From: Parasitella parasitica NRRL 2501
Taxonomy: Eukaryota; Fungi; Mucoromycota
Assembly (NCBI GenBank): GCA_025201805.1
Contig: MU619242.1
Location: forward strand, 57,323-121,322
Direction: 5' to 3'
DNA length: 64,000 nucleotides
The notes under the pieces are model-generated. The model ran no database searches and was not told the DNA's origin. It was given only the letters and a program-made list of their open reading frames with translations. The position numbers and the translations under genes are program-made. Numbering within the stretch: the first letter of the stretch is position 1; the number at the start of each line of letters is the position of its first letter. This document shows, one piece after another, positions 1 to 11,604 of the stretch.

Positions 1-2
1 TA

Positions 3-202
3 CGGGCACATTTTCGCTTCATGAGCACGTTTTTTCAAGCCTTTTGAGCGTAATTTTAAGCCTATGAAACTAGTAATTTATGTGCTCATTTGAGCATAAA
101 AATGTGATCATAAGATGTTTCAATTTTTGTTCTCGCATGAGCACATTCATCGCCTTAACCTAGCTCGATAAGCACTTTTTTTGGCTTTAAAGAATGTTCC
201 CG
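3..202. mobile_element. Putative MITE (Tc1/mariner-like non-autonomous element)
   Basis: Terminal inverted repeat CGGGCACATT (3-12) / AATGTTCCCG (193-202), 9/10 match. Flanked by TA on the left and TG on the right. Internal ATGAGCAC motif at 21 and 137 and inverted at 82. Lies at the window edge. Confidence 0.4.
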
Positions 203-253
203 TGCATGCACATCAATATTCTCATAAGAACATCGCCGACGCCATAGTGGATA

Positions 254-1838
254 TCTCTTCAGTATTTTTATCAATTCGTTGCCTGCGATGTTACGCCAAG
301 CCGCCACCGCCACAACGACGAGGATTTCGTCCACCTCTGCTACTTCTGCTCCCGCTCCACTTTGGTCACCTCTCCCTGCTGGGTCCCCTAATAGCATTCC
401 CATCAACTCTTTATTGTATGCTGATGATGTTGCTATTATCGGATCAGCTCGTGAAGTTAAGCATATGCTCGAGCTTGCTGAATCCCATTCTCTGTCGCTT
501 GGATACCGTTGGGCCCCTGCCAAATGCGCGTTGATCAACCCGCCGTCACCGACTTCATCGACCTATGTAGACCTATGTCTATATGGTGAGTCCCTGCCTG
601 TAGTCGATGAGTTTGTTTACCTGGGTGTTCCCTTTGATCGCAAGGGCATCTGCTCATCTTCCATTGTCAAGAAATGCCAGCGTGGCGCCCTGGCTTCTAT
701 GTCGCAACTTAATGCCATTGGATGCAATCGCTCTGGTTTCCCTTTGTTGTTCTCAACCAAACTGTATACGGTTTGGGCATTTCGCTCCTCAAACTAGCAG
801 ATTTCCGCGCTCTCGAGAAGGTTCAGGATACTTGTCTTCGAATGATCTTTGGTGGTCATCGTGCTGCCTCTACCATGGTGTTCCGGCATCTGACAAATCT
901 GCCGTTGATGAAGCAACGTGCTGCGATACTCGTGTCACAGTACTGTTTGCGTTCCCAGTTCCTGCCAGAAGATGGTTTGATTTCCCTGCTGTCTGCCTCG
1001 CTCCCGAATTCCTCTTTGCAACAGTTGAAAAAGCAAAAGATGGCAGCCTGCGCCCTTGAAGAAGTCCCCGTTGCCAACCAACGCGAATTGAAAAAATGGT
1101 TTTTTGAACAACGCCAGGATTGGCATTCCACGTTTCTGGATAAAACAGACAAGGTGCTAATCCGCGCTTGCCGCCCTGCCATTGGCATTGATCCTGTCAT
1201 GCATGTCCCCGCCAGTCGACCCTGCCGTAGCCGACTTGTTCGGTACCGCATGGGCTGGCTACCTGGTAAACCTCGACCTTGCATCTGCAACACTGATCAC
1301 ACCTCTCGCCGCCATCTCCATGAGTGTCCCACCCTGCCACCTCATTTGCTCTCGTCACACTGCCACCACTACCAGATTCCTTTCATGGCACGATTATCGA
1401 CCATGCACTGAATCTGTTGCCGACCTCTCCCTCCTCCTCCAACTGTCCACCCTGGTGGACTGATCTCTGTACTCTTCTTTGGCATTTCGACCAACTCTGT
1501 AATCCCGATGGGGATTACACAACGGATCCTCCGCCTGGACAATTGTGGGCTTCCCCGGCCGTACAAGCGTCCTAATACTTTCCTTATCTATGGTGAACCG
1601 GTTGTGATTTGCTCCCTCTGTTTGTCCCTCCACTGCTACAATCCTTTTTCTATGCACGATGCGAGGGCATCCATGTTGTCATTGACCTTCCTTAATAGCC
1701 ATATGCATCCCCTCCACCACCCTGACCATCCTAGATGTCATTGTTGGTCTGAGATATCTTTTGCTTCCTTTTTTCTTTTCGGACATAGTTCCTGATCCCA
1801 ACTTTTTTGTTTCCCAATGCTTGCAATAATGATCAAAA
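254..1838 (+). mobile_element. 5'-truncated, frameshifted non-LTR retrotransposon (LINE) RT and C-terminal region plus 3' UTR
   Basis: LFSIFINSLP...SLLYADDVAIIG (RT YADD motif), GYRWAPAKC and FVYLGVPF. Continues after a frameshift near 770 as GLGISLL...RMGWLPGKPRPCICNTDHTSRRHLHECP. Second frameshift near 1345, stop at 1575. The 3' end position is approximate. Confidence 0.9.
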
Positions 1839-3144
1839 GATCGAATGCAATATAGCATTTGCTTTATTAATTCTTTACTTCATATTAATAAACATCCTAA
1901 ATTTTCGCCTAACCAACCGCGCCTTTTTGATTTGATGCGCTGCGGTGCTTATTTGTCAAATATTTAGATAGATTTTGGGTACTTTTTAACAAATATACAA
2001 GGTGTACGAGGAATGACCTAATATGTTTGGTGTTGCAATAATGTTCTTGATAAATTATAGATTTGCGAAGAATCTCAGCGATATAGACCAAATGGATAAA
2101 GTATGCTATAGATTATTTAGACGAAAGAAAGCCCCTTTTTTATTTAAGCCATGTGTCGTTTTGACATGTAACCGCTAGAACAATATTTATCATTTAAAAC
2201 CTTGATTCATTTTTTGTAAAGTCCGTTCAGGAACATCTTCTTATTATGGTAATTTTCGATTCAAATCCCGAAAATATGGCAGGATCACAAAATTCACTTA
2301 TACCCGTAACAGATTTTGTCAGATACAAATATTTATATTTACTATCTAAAAAATGTGATTTGGCTGGATAGAAACAGTAGGTTTTAAGATGTAATACGAT
2401 AGATAATATTATAGTTTTAGTTGTAGCGAGATGAAAAGGTGTCTTTATTATCTTTTACTTGTGGGAAGAATATAAACTAGATAAGTTTGTGTAATATAAC
2501 GTGTAACCTTTGTCTAATGTTTCTCTTGGCTTTTGGTATCGTGGGTTTAAACTTACGTTTCTTATTTCGGTTTGACTTCATTGACTCTATGATATCCTGC
2601 AGTTCATAATCGCTCTCTGGCTGAATATCTACACTGACAATTTATTACGAGTGTAAATTAATTTTGTGGTATTGGTTAATTATTTGCACGTGATCTAAGT
2701 TTGAGCCTATGGAAATTATGTTCCTGAATCTGAAGTTAAATGCTGAGAACGTCTCATCTTAGATATATACATATATGGAATTATGCTTCATACTTGAAAT
2801 AAATTGAACTTTCTTACGTTTAAAATTCTGTCATATATAATTATTTGCTATATTCTATCGCTGAGATACTATACCACCATCCTAGTTATTCGACATAATA
2901 TACACTTAAACAACAGCAAAACAGTCTAATTAGTCTCGGCATTGACCTGTTTACTGCAAGATCTTTCCAAAACATCGCTACAAATTTCACAAACCCGCAC
3001 CGCAGAGTATCAGATTTTTAAAGGAATAAAAGTAAATATGAGGTATTTTAACGTGTATAATATTGAGCAAAAACACGTGATGTGCACTATCAATGCTTGG
3101 ACAAATGTCGGATAAACGAGAATATAGCAGACTTTGATTAACAT

Positions 3145-3598
3145 TGTAAAATACATTCACTATGATGATATGCTGCATTCCACTTCTAGATTCATCATCC
3201 AGTTACCTTAATAAATTTATATAAACTACTACATATGCGCACAGATACTAAGATGTGCAATACAGATTTATACTATATAAGATATAAGCTAGAGACGGCA
3301 CCATTAGGATGGATGACGCTATAGACTGATACTTATATCTCGACACGAGCCTTAGACGTTTACTAGATTTAGTATATGCTACGAGCTTATTATGCTATAT
3401 ACTAAGATCTATGCTTCAGATGCGTATTCCCAGTTTCTAGATACGCACGCACTATAAGACATATACTTATATCCATGATACTAGCTACAGATACATTATG
3501 TACTACAGACTTCTGCAATATGTGCAATGCTATAGATATGCTTATGACATGCTATAGACATGCTACATATACCGATAATATATGCTAAGATGAATACC
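3145..3598 (+). mobile_element. Partial copy (one end) of the TGT..ACA TIR element seen at 26640-27799
   Basis: Starts TGTAAAATACATTCACTATGATGATATGCTGCATTCCACTTCTAGATTCATC. The next ~450 bp align by eye to the reverse complement of ~27370-27799, e.g. GGCACCATTAGGATGGATG, ATGCTACGAGCTTAT and GATACTAGCTACAGATACATTATG. Confidence 0.85.
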
Positions 3599-4086
3599 AA
3601 GTGATATACACTCAGACATCATACATGTACAATTAATATAAACTGGATAAGACTATACAAGAAATGATATACGCTTATAATGGATCGATATTACTAATCT
3701 TCGCATAGAAGATTGATCAGGGTACCACCTCGGGTAAAGCCTATCTCCTCACTCAAATAGATTTAAGTTTTCTTGTGAGTCTGCTGATATGTAAGTTAGC
3801 ACAGAGTTAAGATGCTAGTTACGCAGTATTGTCGTACATGTTAAATTGCAAGAGTAGAACATTTATCCACAGTTTAAGTATATAAAGGTTCATCTACCTG
3901 GCCAGTAGATGAACTGCATCACAATGAAATGGTATGACTAAAAGCAAGTAGCTAAAAAAAATAAGACTCAAGTGTCACGCATATAGTCAATTCATGCCAT
4001 TCGAGTTCGCATAACATATTAAGTCATATAAATCAAATCGAATTACAAATACAATTTAAGACCTTATCAATGAATGTCGTGTGAAG

Positions 4087-4341
4087 NNNNNNNNNNNNNN
4101 NNNNNNNNNNNNNNNNNNNNNNNNNNNNNNNNNNNNNNNNNNNNNNNNNNNNNNNNNNNNNNNNNNNNNNNNNNNNNNNNNNNNNNNNNNNNNNNNNNNN
4201 NNNNNNNNNNNNNNNNNNNNNNNNNNNNNNNNNNNNNNNNNNNNNNNNNNNNNNNNNNNNNNNNNNNNNNNNNNNNNNNNNNNNNNNNNNNNNNNNNNNN
4301 NNNNNNNNNNNNNNNNNNNNNNNNNNNNNNNNNNNNNNNNN
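4087..4341. other. Assembly gap (N run)
   Basis: Run of Ns. Smaller gaps lie at 6904-6913 and 51421-51430. Confidence 1.
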
Positions 4342-5689
4342 ACAGAATAACTAAAGTATGACGATAGCCATCCTAACACGGCCAACCAATGTTACGCAAA
4401 TCTCCATCAATGGTGAAAGCATTCAGCATAATTTGCTTCTCCTTAAAACCTAAAATTAAGCAACGACAGATTAACGCATTGACTCTAAGATCAATGCTTC
4501 ATTCATGAGAACTGATATACAACAATTCAAATCCTATAAATACTAAGATGTTTTTCTCTAGATAAACCTCAGTACACTTTTATAATAAAGAGCCCCAAAC
4601 TTGATTATAATTGTAATTTCATATCGCTTTAATTTTTACTTTTTTTTTATTTCATAAATCTTTCAAATTTACTGCATGCAGCTTTAAACACCTGTCGATT
4701 TGATGATAAAACCTATACCTTTATCAAGTTGACTTTATTGTTTTTTATAATTTTTTTCCGTGGTGAATCCATATAGCTTATACCGATTCCACAATCAATA
4801 TCACATATTTGCTCATAACTTGTGTTAAAATGACCTTAGAACCGAGATCTAACTTGGAAAACTTAGCATTGACTTGGCGCTATCTGGCAACAACATTGGC
4901 GTCCATGTTTTTATTGATATCTATAAAGTTATCAGATGATATCACAAATTTACATATCAGAAATGCATATAATCGATGATAGGCCTCCATAAAGAACAGA
5001 ATAAACAATGTCTTATGCGCCATAAGAACAGGCATGATCATCGCTATCTGAGCATACCTTGCTTTCCACCGGGCGATGTCTCTATCAAAAGTTGTCCGCA
5101 AAAAACGTTTTTCTACTTTTTGTATCGGAGTTTAAAAAAGCACGTGTTTTGTGATAGTGTGTGTAGATGTTATTGCGATAGTATTGGGACTAAAGCATAT
5201 TGTTTGATTTATGATTCGTAACAATCATCAATCCTGAAACCAAATATCATTCGGTTTAAGCCTGTTTTTTAGAGTCAAAATTTGAGTAATGTATCAATTT
5301 TAAAACCGGATTTTGATATTACATAAACTCATACTGAAGATTATAACATCAGATTATAATATAACATGTCTTGACATTTGGGATAGATACAATCTACCCT
5401 AAATCCCGGATCTAAAATCTTTATCCTCACATTGCTTCCCTCAGCTCATAAAAATTATATAAACCCTCTATTATATGAGTATAATAAACGGATCTTTACC
5501 TGATTAGTTTCTATTTAACTTTTCTGATAAATCAATGAGAATCATGGAATATTTATATTTAAGCAAACGGATAGATAATAAAGGTATTTTTTCATTGCAG
5601 TTATTATGAGGAATAGTAGTTTTCATTTCATAATTTGAAGCATTGACTACTAAAGGCAGTACTGATATGTAGAAATACTTGAAAAAAAA

Positions 5690-6859
5690 ATGAATACTCC
5701 TTGTGAGTTTTTATGCCTTCAATATATCTTTATTTTCCACACAAGAAGTACTCGGCACCACCTTTCAAGAAAGAAAATGCTCCATATCAAATGTAACAAT
5801 GATGATGGTTTTAATGACCATAGCACTGTCCCACCTGGAGAGTATAACAGAATATATCTGTTTGAAATCTTTTCTGCTACGTCAAAAATACCTTGTGTCT
5901 TTGTTACAACATCGTATCCCTATTTGATTTGTTTTCTGCTTGACCCGCAAGTAGATACGATGTCTTAACCAATCTCTAAAATATGTATATACCGCAATCA
6001 TATTAAATTTAGATATATTGGCATTAAATAATCCTTGTATATACCATTAACTGACCTTTTCCTTTTTCAGGAGACTAGATATATGGTATGCAAGGTGAAT
6101 TGAGATCAGGAGAGTGCGCATACAGGTATCAGTTATGTCCTTATTAGTTCGGTGGTCACCACGGAAATCTCGACGGCCATACTGCTGATAACTTTATGGA
6201 CTTTAATTGAAAAACATTGAAACATATGTTTTCGCCAGATACCTCTAAGTCGACACTATGTTTTTCAAGTTAAATCGCGATTCTATGGTTTTTCTACTCA
6301 AATTATTTTATTGCAGCTGTCCTAATCTTAGATAAATGTAAATATAGAGTTTGTTTGTTAAAGTTGTTGATCTGCCGATGGATCAAGAAGTGAAGAAAGA
6401 CATTTTAAATATATATTTTCTCCCCATGTGGCGATTAAAAAAGTTTCAAGAATTTGATAAAAGTTACCTTTCCACGTTTGCTATTGTGAGACAAAATTGT
6501 ATATTGACACATGGCATTTATTATCTCTGCTACTTCTAATTTATTTTTGTCTATTGTTGGGATGACAATAATTATGATGGGAACCTTGTCTATTTCACTT
6601 CAAATAGAAAGCAATCAGATCGTAGGTTACCTAAAATTCTGCAACAAAGGACGCTTATCAAGCAGGGCTTTCCTGTTTATTTAGTCGACGTACACAGAGT
6701 CTCATCAATGTGTCCTCAATGTAAAAAAAGAGAATTGAAGGCCTCAATCCACGACCATATAGACGAGCGAAATATCTCATAATCAAATGTCATGGATAAA
6801 AAAGAAAATTAAACACTAAAAATGCTTGGAACGTTCATCTGTGCGTAACGATGTATCCG

Positions 6860-6860
<1 letters not shown>
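5690..6860 (+). pseudogene. Decayed Fanzor1 / TnpB-like RuvC nuclease relic
   Basis: Ordered motif remnants: IMMGTLS (6571), LIKQGFPVYLVDVHRVSSMCPQC (6654-6722), then after a frameshift NPRPYRRAKYLIIKCHG* (6746-6799) and AWNVHL (6824-6841). These match the Mucorales Fanzor order VMGNWS / GFxVYLIDEFxTSxxCPxC / NPRPYRR..CHGLLRC / WNRD as recalled. The upstream part (5690-6540) is only weakly similar. Confidence 0.65.
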
Positions 6861-6903
<43 letters not shown>

Positions 6904-8147
6904 NNNNNNNNNNTCCCTGCGACAGCCACTCTTTGCTTGAAGGACTATTGATAGAGCAAACCATGATACAAGCAAGTTATACACTTGAACCTTCTCTTCA
7001 TCTAAACTTTAATTGTACTTTATTTAAAAAATATTAGAAAATCGTCATAACTTGAAGTAGAAGTTACAGCAATTTCCTCATAATTTTGATGACTGACTTC
7101 TTTATCCTCGTGTTACATCTTTTTACATGCATGCACCAGAACAAAGAAAGCTTCGATGGCTGGTTTTCAATACTGTTTCCCAATCTTTAATGACAAAAAC
7201 AAGGAAAGAGTGAAGACTGTAATTATACCAAAATTATATTAGTTACATCATAAATATATGCACAGATTACAGAGAAAACGGCGTCTTATCAATATGACTG
7301 AATATAACAATAACATGATGCGAGCAATTGGATTTAGGTCTGCCACTTCAATAGAACTGAAAATCTAATTCGCATTGAACATCATTACTGACATTGTTCT
7401 GGCAGCTAAACCCAATATCCAGGCAATGTCTGTGCTTCTATGCATTTAAAACGGTGAGACGTCTAACTATAGTGCTGCACTGCACCATGAATAAAACATT
7501 TGATCATTCTACTAAATGAAAATAAAGAACCGTCTTCTTCTCTCCAAGCAGGCTAATCTGAACAAGTGATTACCCAAATTTATTTCCTCCTACAGAAGAA
7601 TTGCTCGAAACTCAAATGATACTCTACGATTTGAATAATAATGATTTAAATTAAAGTTTTCCAATTTGGAATTACTGGAAGCCCGTCAGATGAAGTGAAG
7701 CATATTTTAAGGAGTAAAGACATTTGAAATGCAAACAAAACGATCCAAAGTTTAGTTAACCTCGAAAATCAATAAGATACATAGTATATAGACAATATAT
7801 ACCTATACTGGATTAAAGCATTATTTGAAGTCTGCAAATCGATGGCATTTTGAAAACAAGGAAATCAAATAGCAGTGAAACGTCAAAATCTCATTTGAGC
7901 CTTGGCGCAACGTGACGTTACAGTGTATCAAAAGGCAGCGCACACACATCGAGCTTGCTTTCCTGAGGCTATTCAAACCGAGCCATCTTTAAAAATAGAT
8001 TACATGTATCTAGAGGAGTCCTCCTTTTCTTTACAAAACACATCACATTGACTAAAAAATAAGGTAGGCTACACACTCTTTATCATTACGCTCTGCATTG
8101 TTATTTACTCGTCATCAACATTTCAAATTTATACAATCCTTTAGATA

Positions 8148-9591
8148 ATGTCGAGTTCGCCACCTCCACCTCCACATCATAGCTATAATAGCAACAATAA
8201 CAGCGCTTGGGAATCGTTAGAACTTCACCAGCGCCGCTCTGTTGGTTTTCAAAAGTTAAACTCAAACGATCCTTCGCCTTCAGGAACACCTCTGGAGAAT
8301 GGAAGATATTATTCACCACCAACTGGACAACAACCATATCAAAATGGACCTCCGCCCGGCCAGCAACCTTACTATAATGCGACGCCTCCACCGCATGGAC
8401 AGTATTACGGCGGACCACCACCAATGAATCAACCATATCCATTAATCCAAGTACAAGAATCTTTGCCACACGGATATGATAGAAATCCGTTCATTAGATT
8501 TTTCATCGGTCCAGTTGAAACACCCTATTTCAGCTACATTTCAGCGTTAGGGATGACAGCAATGCTGATATACGAATTTGTTAAAATGCATAATCTGACA
8601 GGCGATGTAATTGAAACCAATCCTTTCAATCCTATGATTGGACCTAGTTTCCAGGTCAGTATAACTTCTCTATATGATACGTGCACATTGATGACTGATA
8701 TTTCTAGACAGGTACTAGTCAATACCGGCGCTCGTTTCACACCATGTATTCGCACAGTCCCTAGTTTGCCTTCATCTACGATTATCGGAGATTGTTATAG
8801 AAACACAACAGATACATGTTCCATTGAAGAGCTTTGCGGATTTGGTGGGTTCAAAAATGGAGTTGCAGATCAAGCGTTTAGATTGGCCCTACCTGTCATT
8901 ATGCACGCAGGTGTTGTTCATTTTCTTTTGAATATGCTTACCCACCTGAGATTGGGCGTCGACTTGGAAAAGGCACTGGGCACTGTACGCTATGTTATAT
9001 TGTATGCTGCTGCTGGCGTTTACGGATTTATACTCTCTGCAATGTTATCACAAAATCTGACAGCCTCGACTGGATGTTCTGGTGCTTTGTTTGGTTTGAT
9101 CGGATACATGTTTATCGATGTACTAGTGAATTGGAAAGTCCTACCGCATCCGATAAGAGATTTGATGAGTTTATTGGTTTCTACCATCATTTCCCTGGTG
9201 TTAGGTCTATTACCAGGTCTTGATAATTTTGCTCATATCGGTAAGATTGTTAAAAGGAGAGAGAGACTTGATAAAGCTAAATCGCTTTAAATATACATAT
9301 TAGGAGGATTCGCTGTTGGCATCTTTATGGGTATGATGATTTGCCCTATGCGTCCAATGGCGTCGAAAAAAGTGATTGTGTTTACATGGATTGTAAGATG
9401 CATAGCTTTGGCCATCCTAGTTGTATTATTTGCAGTCTCTATTAAAGAGTTTTACTCGGCTGCGGATCCAAGCAAAGTAAGTCGCTTCTTTTAGTCATGG
9501 AGATTGTCTAACATAGAAAAATGTTTAGATTTGTCCTAATTGTAAATACCTTTCATGCCTACCAGTGAACAATTGGTGTGATCCAGTTTAA
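8148..9591 (+). CDS. Rhomboid-family intramembrane serine protease
   Basis: NPMIGPS, MHAGVVHFLLNM, catalytic GCSG and AHIGG motifs, C-terminal CKYLSCLP. Pro/Gln/Tyr-rich N-terminus. Introns at about 8655-8711, 9241-9303 and 9477-9528. Confidence 0.9.
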
Positions 9592-9980
9592 ACGTAGCAA
9601 TACGTTTCTTTTATATCAGCATGTACTTTATAGAAATACCATTTACCCTCCGTAACTCAATAAACCGATGTGGATTTGATGAAAATAATCACGGTCTTCT
9701 TTTCTGATTTACTTTAGTAATCCCCAAAGAAAAAGTGCTGATACAACACATAACTTGGTTTTCTAGGCGCCTCGATTAAAAATCCTACTATTCTGATGCT
9801 GTTGGCTCAATAGCTTGAACATGAAATGCTATTGACATATCACGGTACGGTGCAATAAGTTTTGTGACTAATGCAGCCCGTATTTCCAACTAGATACCAA
9901 GTCGATGGCTCGGGTAATAAAACTTTTGATATAGGGTATCTGGACTTGAGTTTTTTCATCTTTTGCACCCAACATCAAGC

Positions 9981-11294
9981 ATGAGCCCCATTGGTGTAAG
10001 TAATTCATCCATTCATTCATCTCATCCATCTATCTATCCATCTATCTGTCCATCCATGATTTACTGAGTTATCGTTTAGACCATCAAAACTTACCCTAAC
10101 AACCCTCGTGTTGCCAAGGCCCAAATTGCTGCCGCTTACAATGGTTTAGAATTCAAGGTTGAAAACTTTGATCTTGCCAAGGACAGAACTCCTGACTTCA
10201 TGGACAAGTTCCCTATGGGCAAAGTTCCTGTCTTCGAGTCCGCTGAAGTCAACCTTGCTGAGTCTTCTGCTATCGGTTACTATGCTGCTTCTCTCAAAGA
10301 AGATTCTCCTCTCTTAGGTAAAAACGCAGTTGATCAAGCTTTGATTTTTCAATGGGTTCTCTTCTCAGAGACTGAAATCTCTTCCAACACCTCTGGCTGG
10401 CTCTCTCCACTCCGTGGATTTACCCCTTACTTGAAGCCTGCTGTTGATTCTTCTGCCGATAGGCTCAAGCGTGCATTAAGTGCCTTGAACACAGTTTTGC
10501 TGACCAAAACTTACCTTGTTGGAAATGAAATCACTTATGCTGATATCGCCGTTGTCACTGCTCTTATCCCCTCTTTCACCTTGGTTCTTGACAAAGCTGC
10601 TCGTGCTCAATTCAAGAATGTCACCCGTTATCTTACTACTGTCGTTGCCAAACCCACATTCAAAAAGTTCCTGGGCGATGTTACTCTCTGTGAAACTCCC
10701 TTGAAGTTCACTCCTCCCAAGAAGGAAGAGAAAAAGAAGGCTGCTGCTCCCAAGGAAGCACCTAAAAAGAAGGAAGCTGCCCCCAAGGCTGAAGCCGATG
10801 CCGAAGAGGAAGCTAAGCCAGCCCCCAAGCCCAAGTCCAAACTGGATTTATTGCCTCCTTCCAAGTTCATCATGGATGCCTGGAAGCGTGAGTACTCCAA
10901 TAACGATACTAAGGATGCCATCAAGTGGTTCTGGGAAAACTTTGACCAAGAGGGTTACTCTATCTGGAAGGTTGATTATAAATATAACGACGAGTTGACC
11001 CTGACTTTCATGTCCAACAACCTGATCGGTGGTTTCTATGCTCGTCTTGAACGTGCCCACAAGTACGCTTTTGGCTCAATGATTGTTCGTGGTGAAAACA
11101 ACAAGAACACCATCTCAGGTTACTTTGTTATCCGTGGCCAAGAAATTCCTTTCGAGATCAATGATGCTGCTGATTTTACATCTTATGATTTCCAAAAGAT
11201 TGAGCCTGCTCAGTATGAAGAAAAGAAGGATGAATTTTACAAGTACCTCGCTTGGGACTTTGAGGATTGTGTTGACGGTAAGGTTTTCAAGTAA
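9981..11294 (+). CDS. TEF4: Translation elongation factor 1B gamma (GST-like N-terminus plus EF1G C-terminus)
   Basis: MSPIG|TIKTYPNNPR with intron 9996-10079. KFPMGKVPVFE, Lys/Ala/Glu linker, DAWKREYSN and YKYNDELTLTFMSNNLIGG. Confidence 0.95.
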
Positions 11295-11604
11295 ATACAT
11301 GTGTGGTATAACAAAATCAATAAAGCACGCACTTCTATATAAAAAACCGATTATACATGTGTTTTGGTATCCCGGCCAAGGATGATTGCTCATAGTTGCA
11401 ATTGTCTTGCCTGCCGAGAGGTGAAAACGAGATGTTTGGAACCTAGATTAAATAGATCTCATATAGACTCGGTGTGTTTTAGTCAATAGCACTCGAGACA
11501 GATACGTGATATACATCTACTGATTTAAAGCCAGTGCTTTTGTATAAAAGCTCATGCTTACTGAGTCAACCCTGGTTCATTTCTTTTTCAAAATAAAAAT
11601 AAAA

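Noticed and set aside
4056-4385. ORFs spanning the N gap
   Set aside because: Artefacts of untranslatable Ns.
1-7900. Possible centromeric region (LINE plus AT-rich DNA plus gaps, as in Mucor Grem-LINE1-flanked centromeres)
   Set aside because: Only a truncated LINE is present, and I cannot identify it as Grem-LINE1 or see a centromere motif. A generic TE island explains it.
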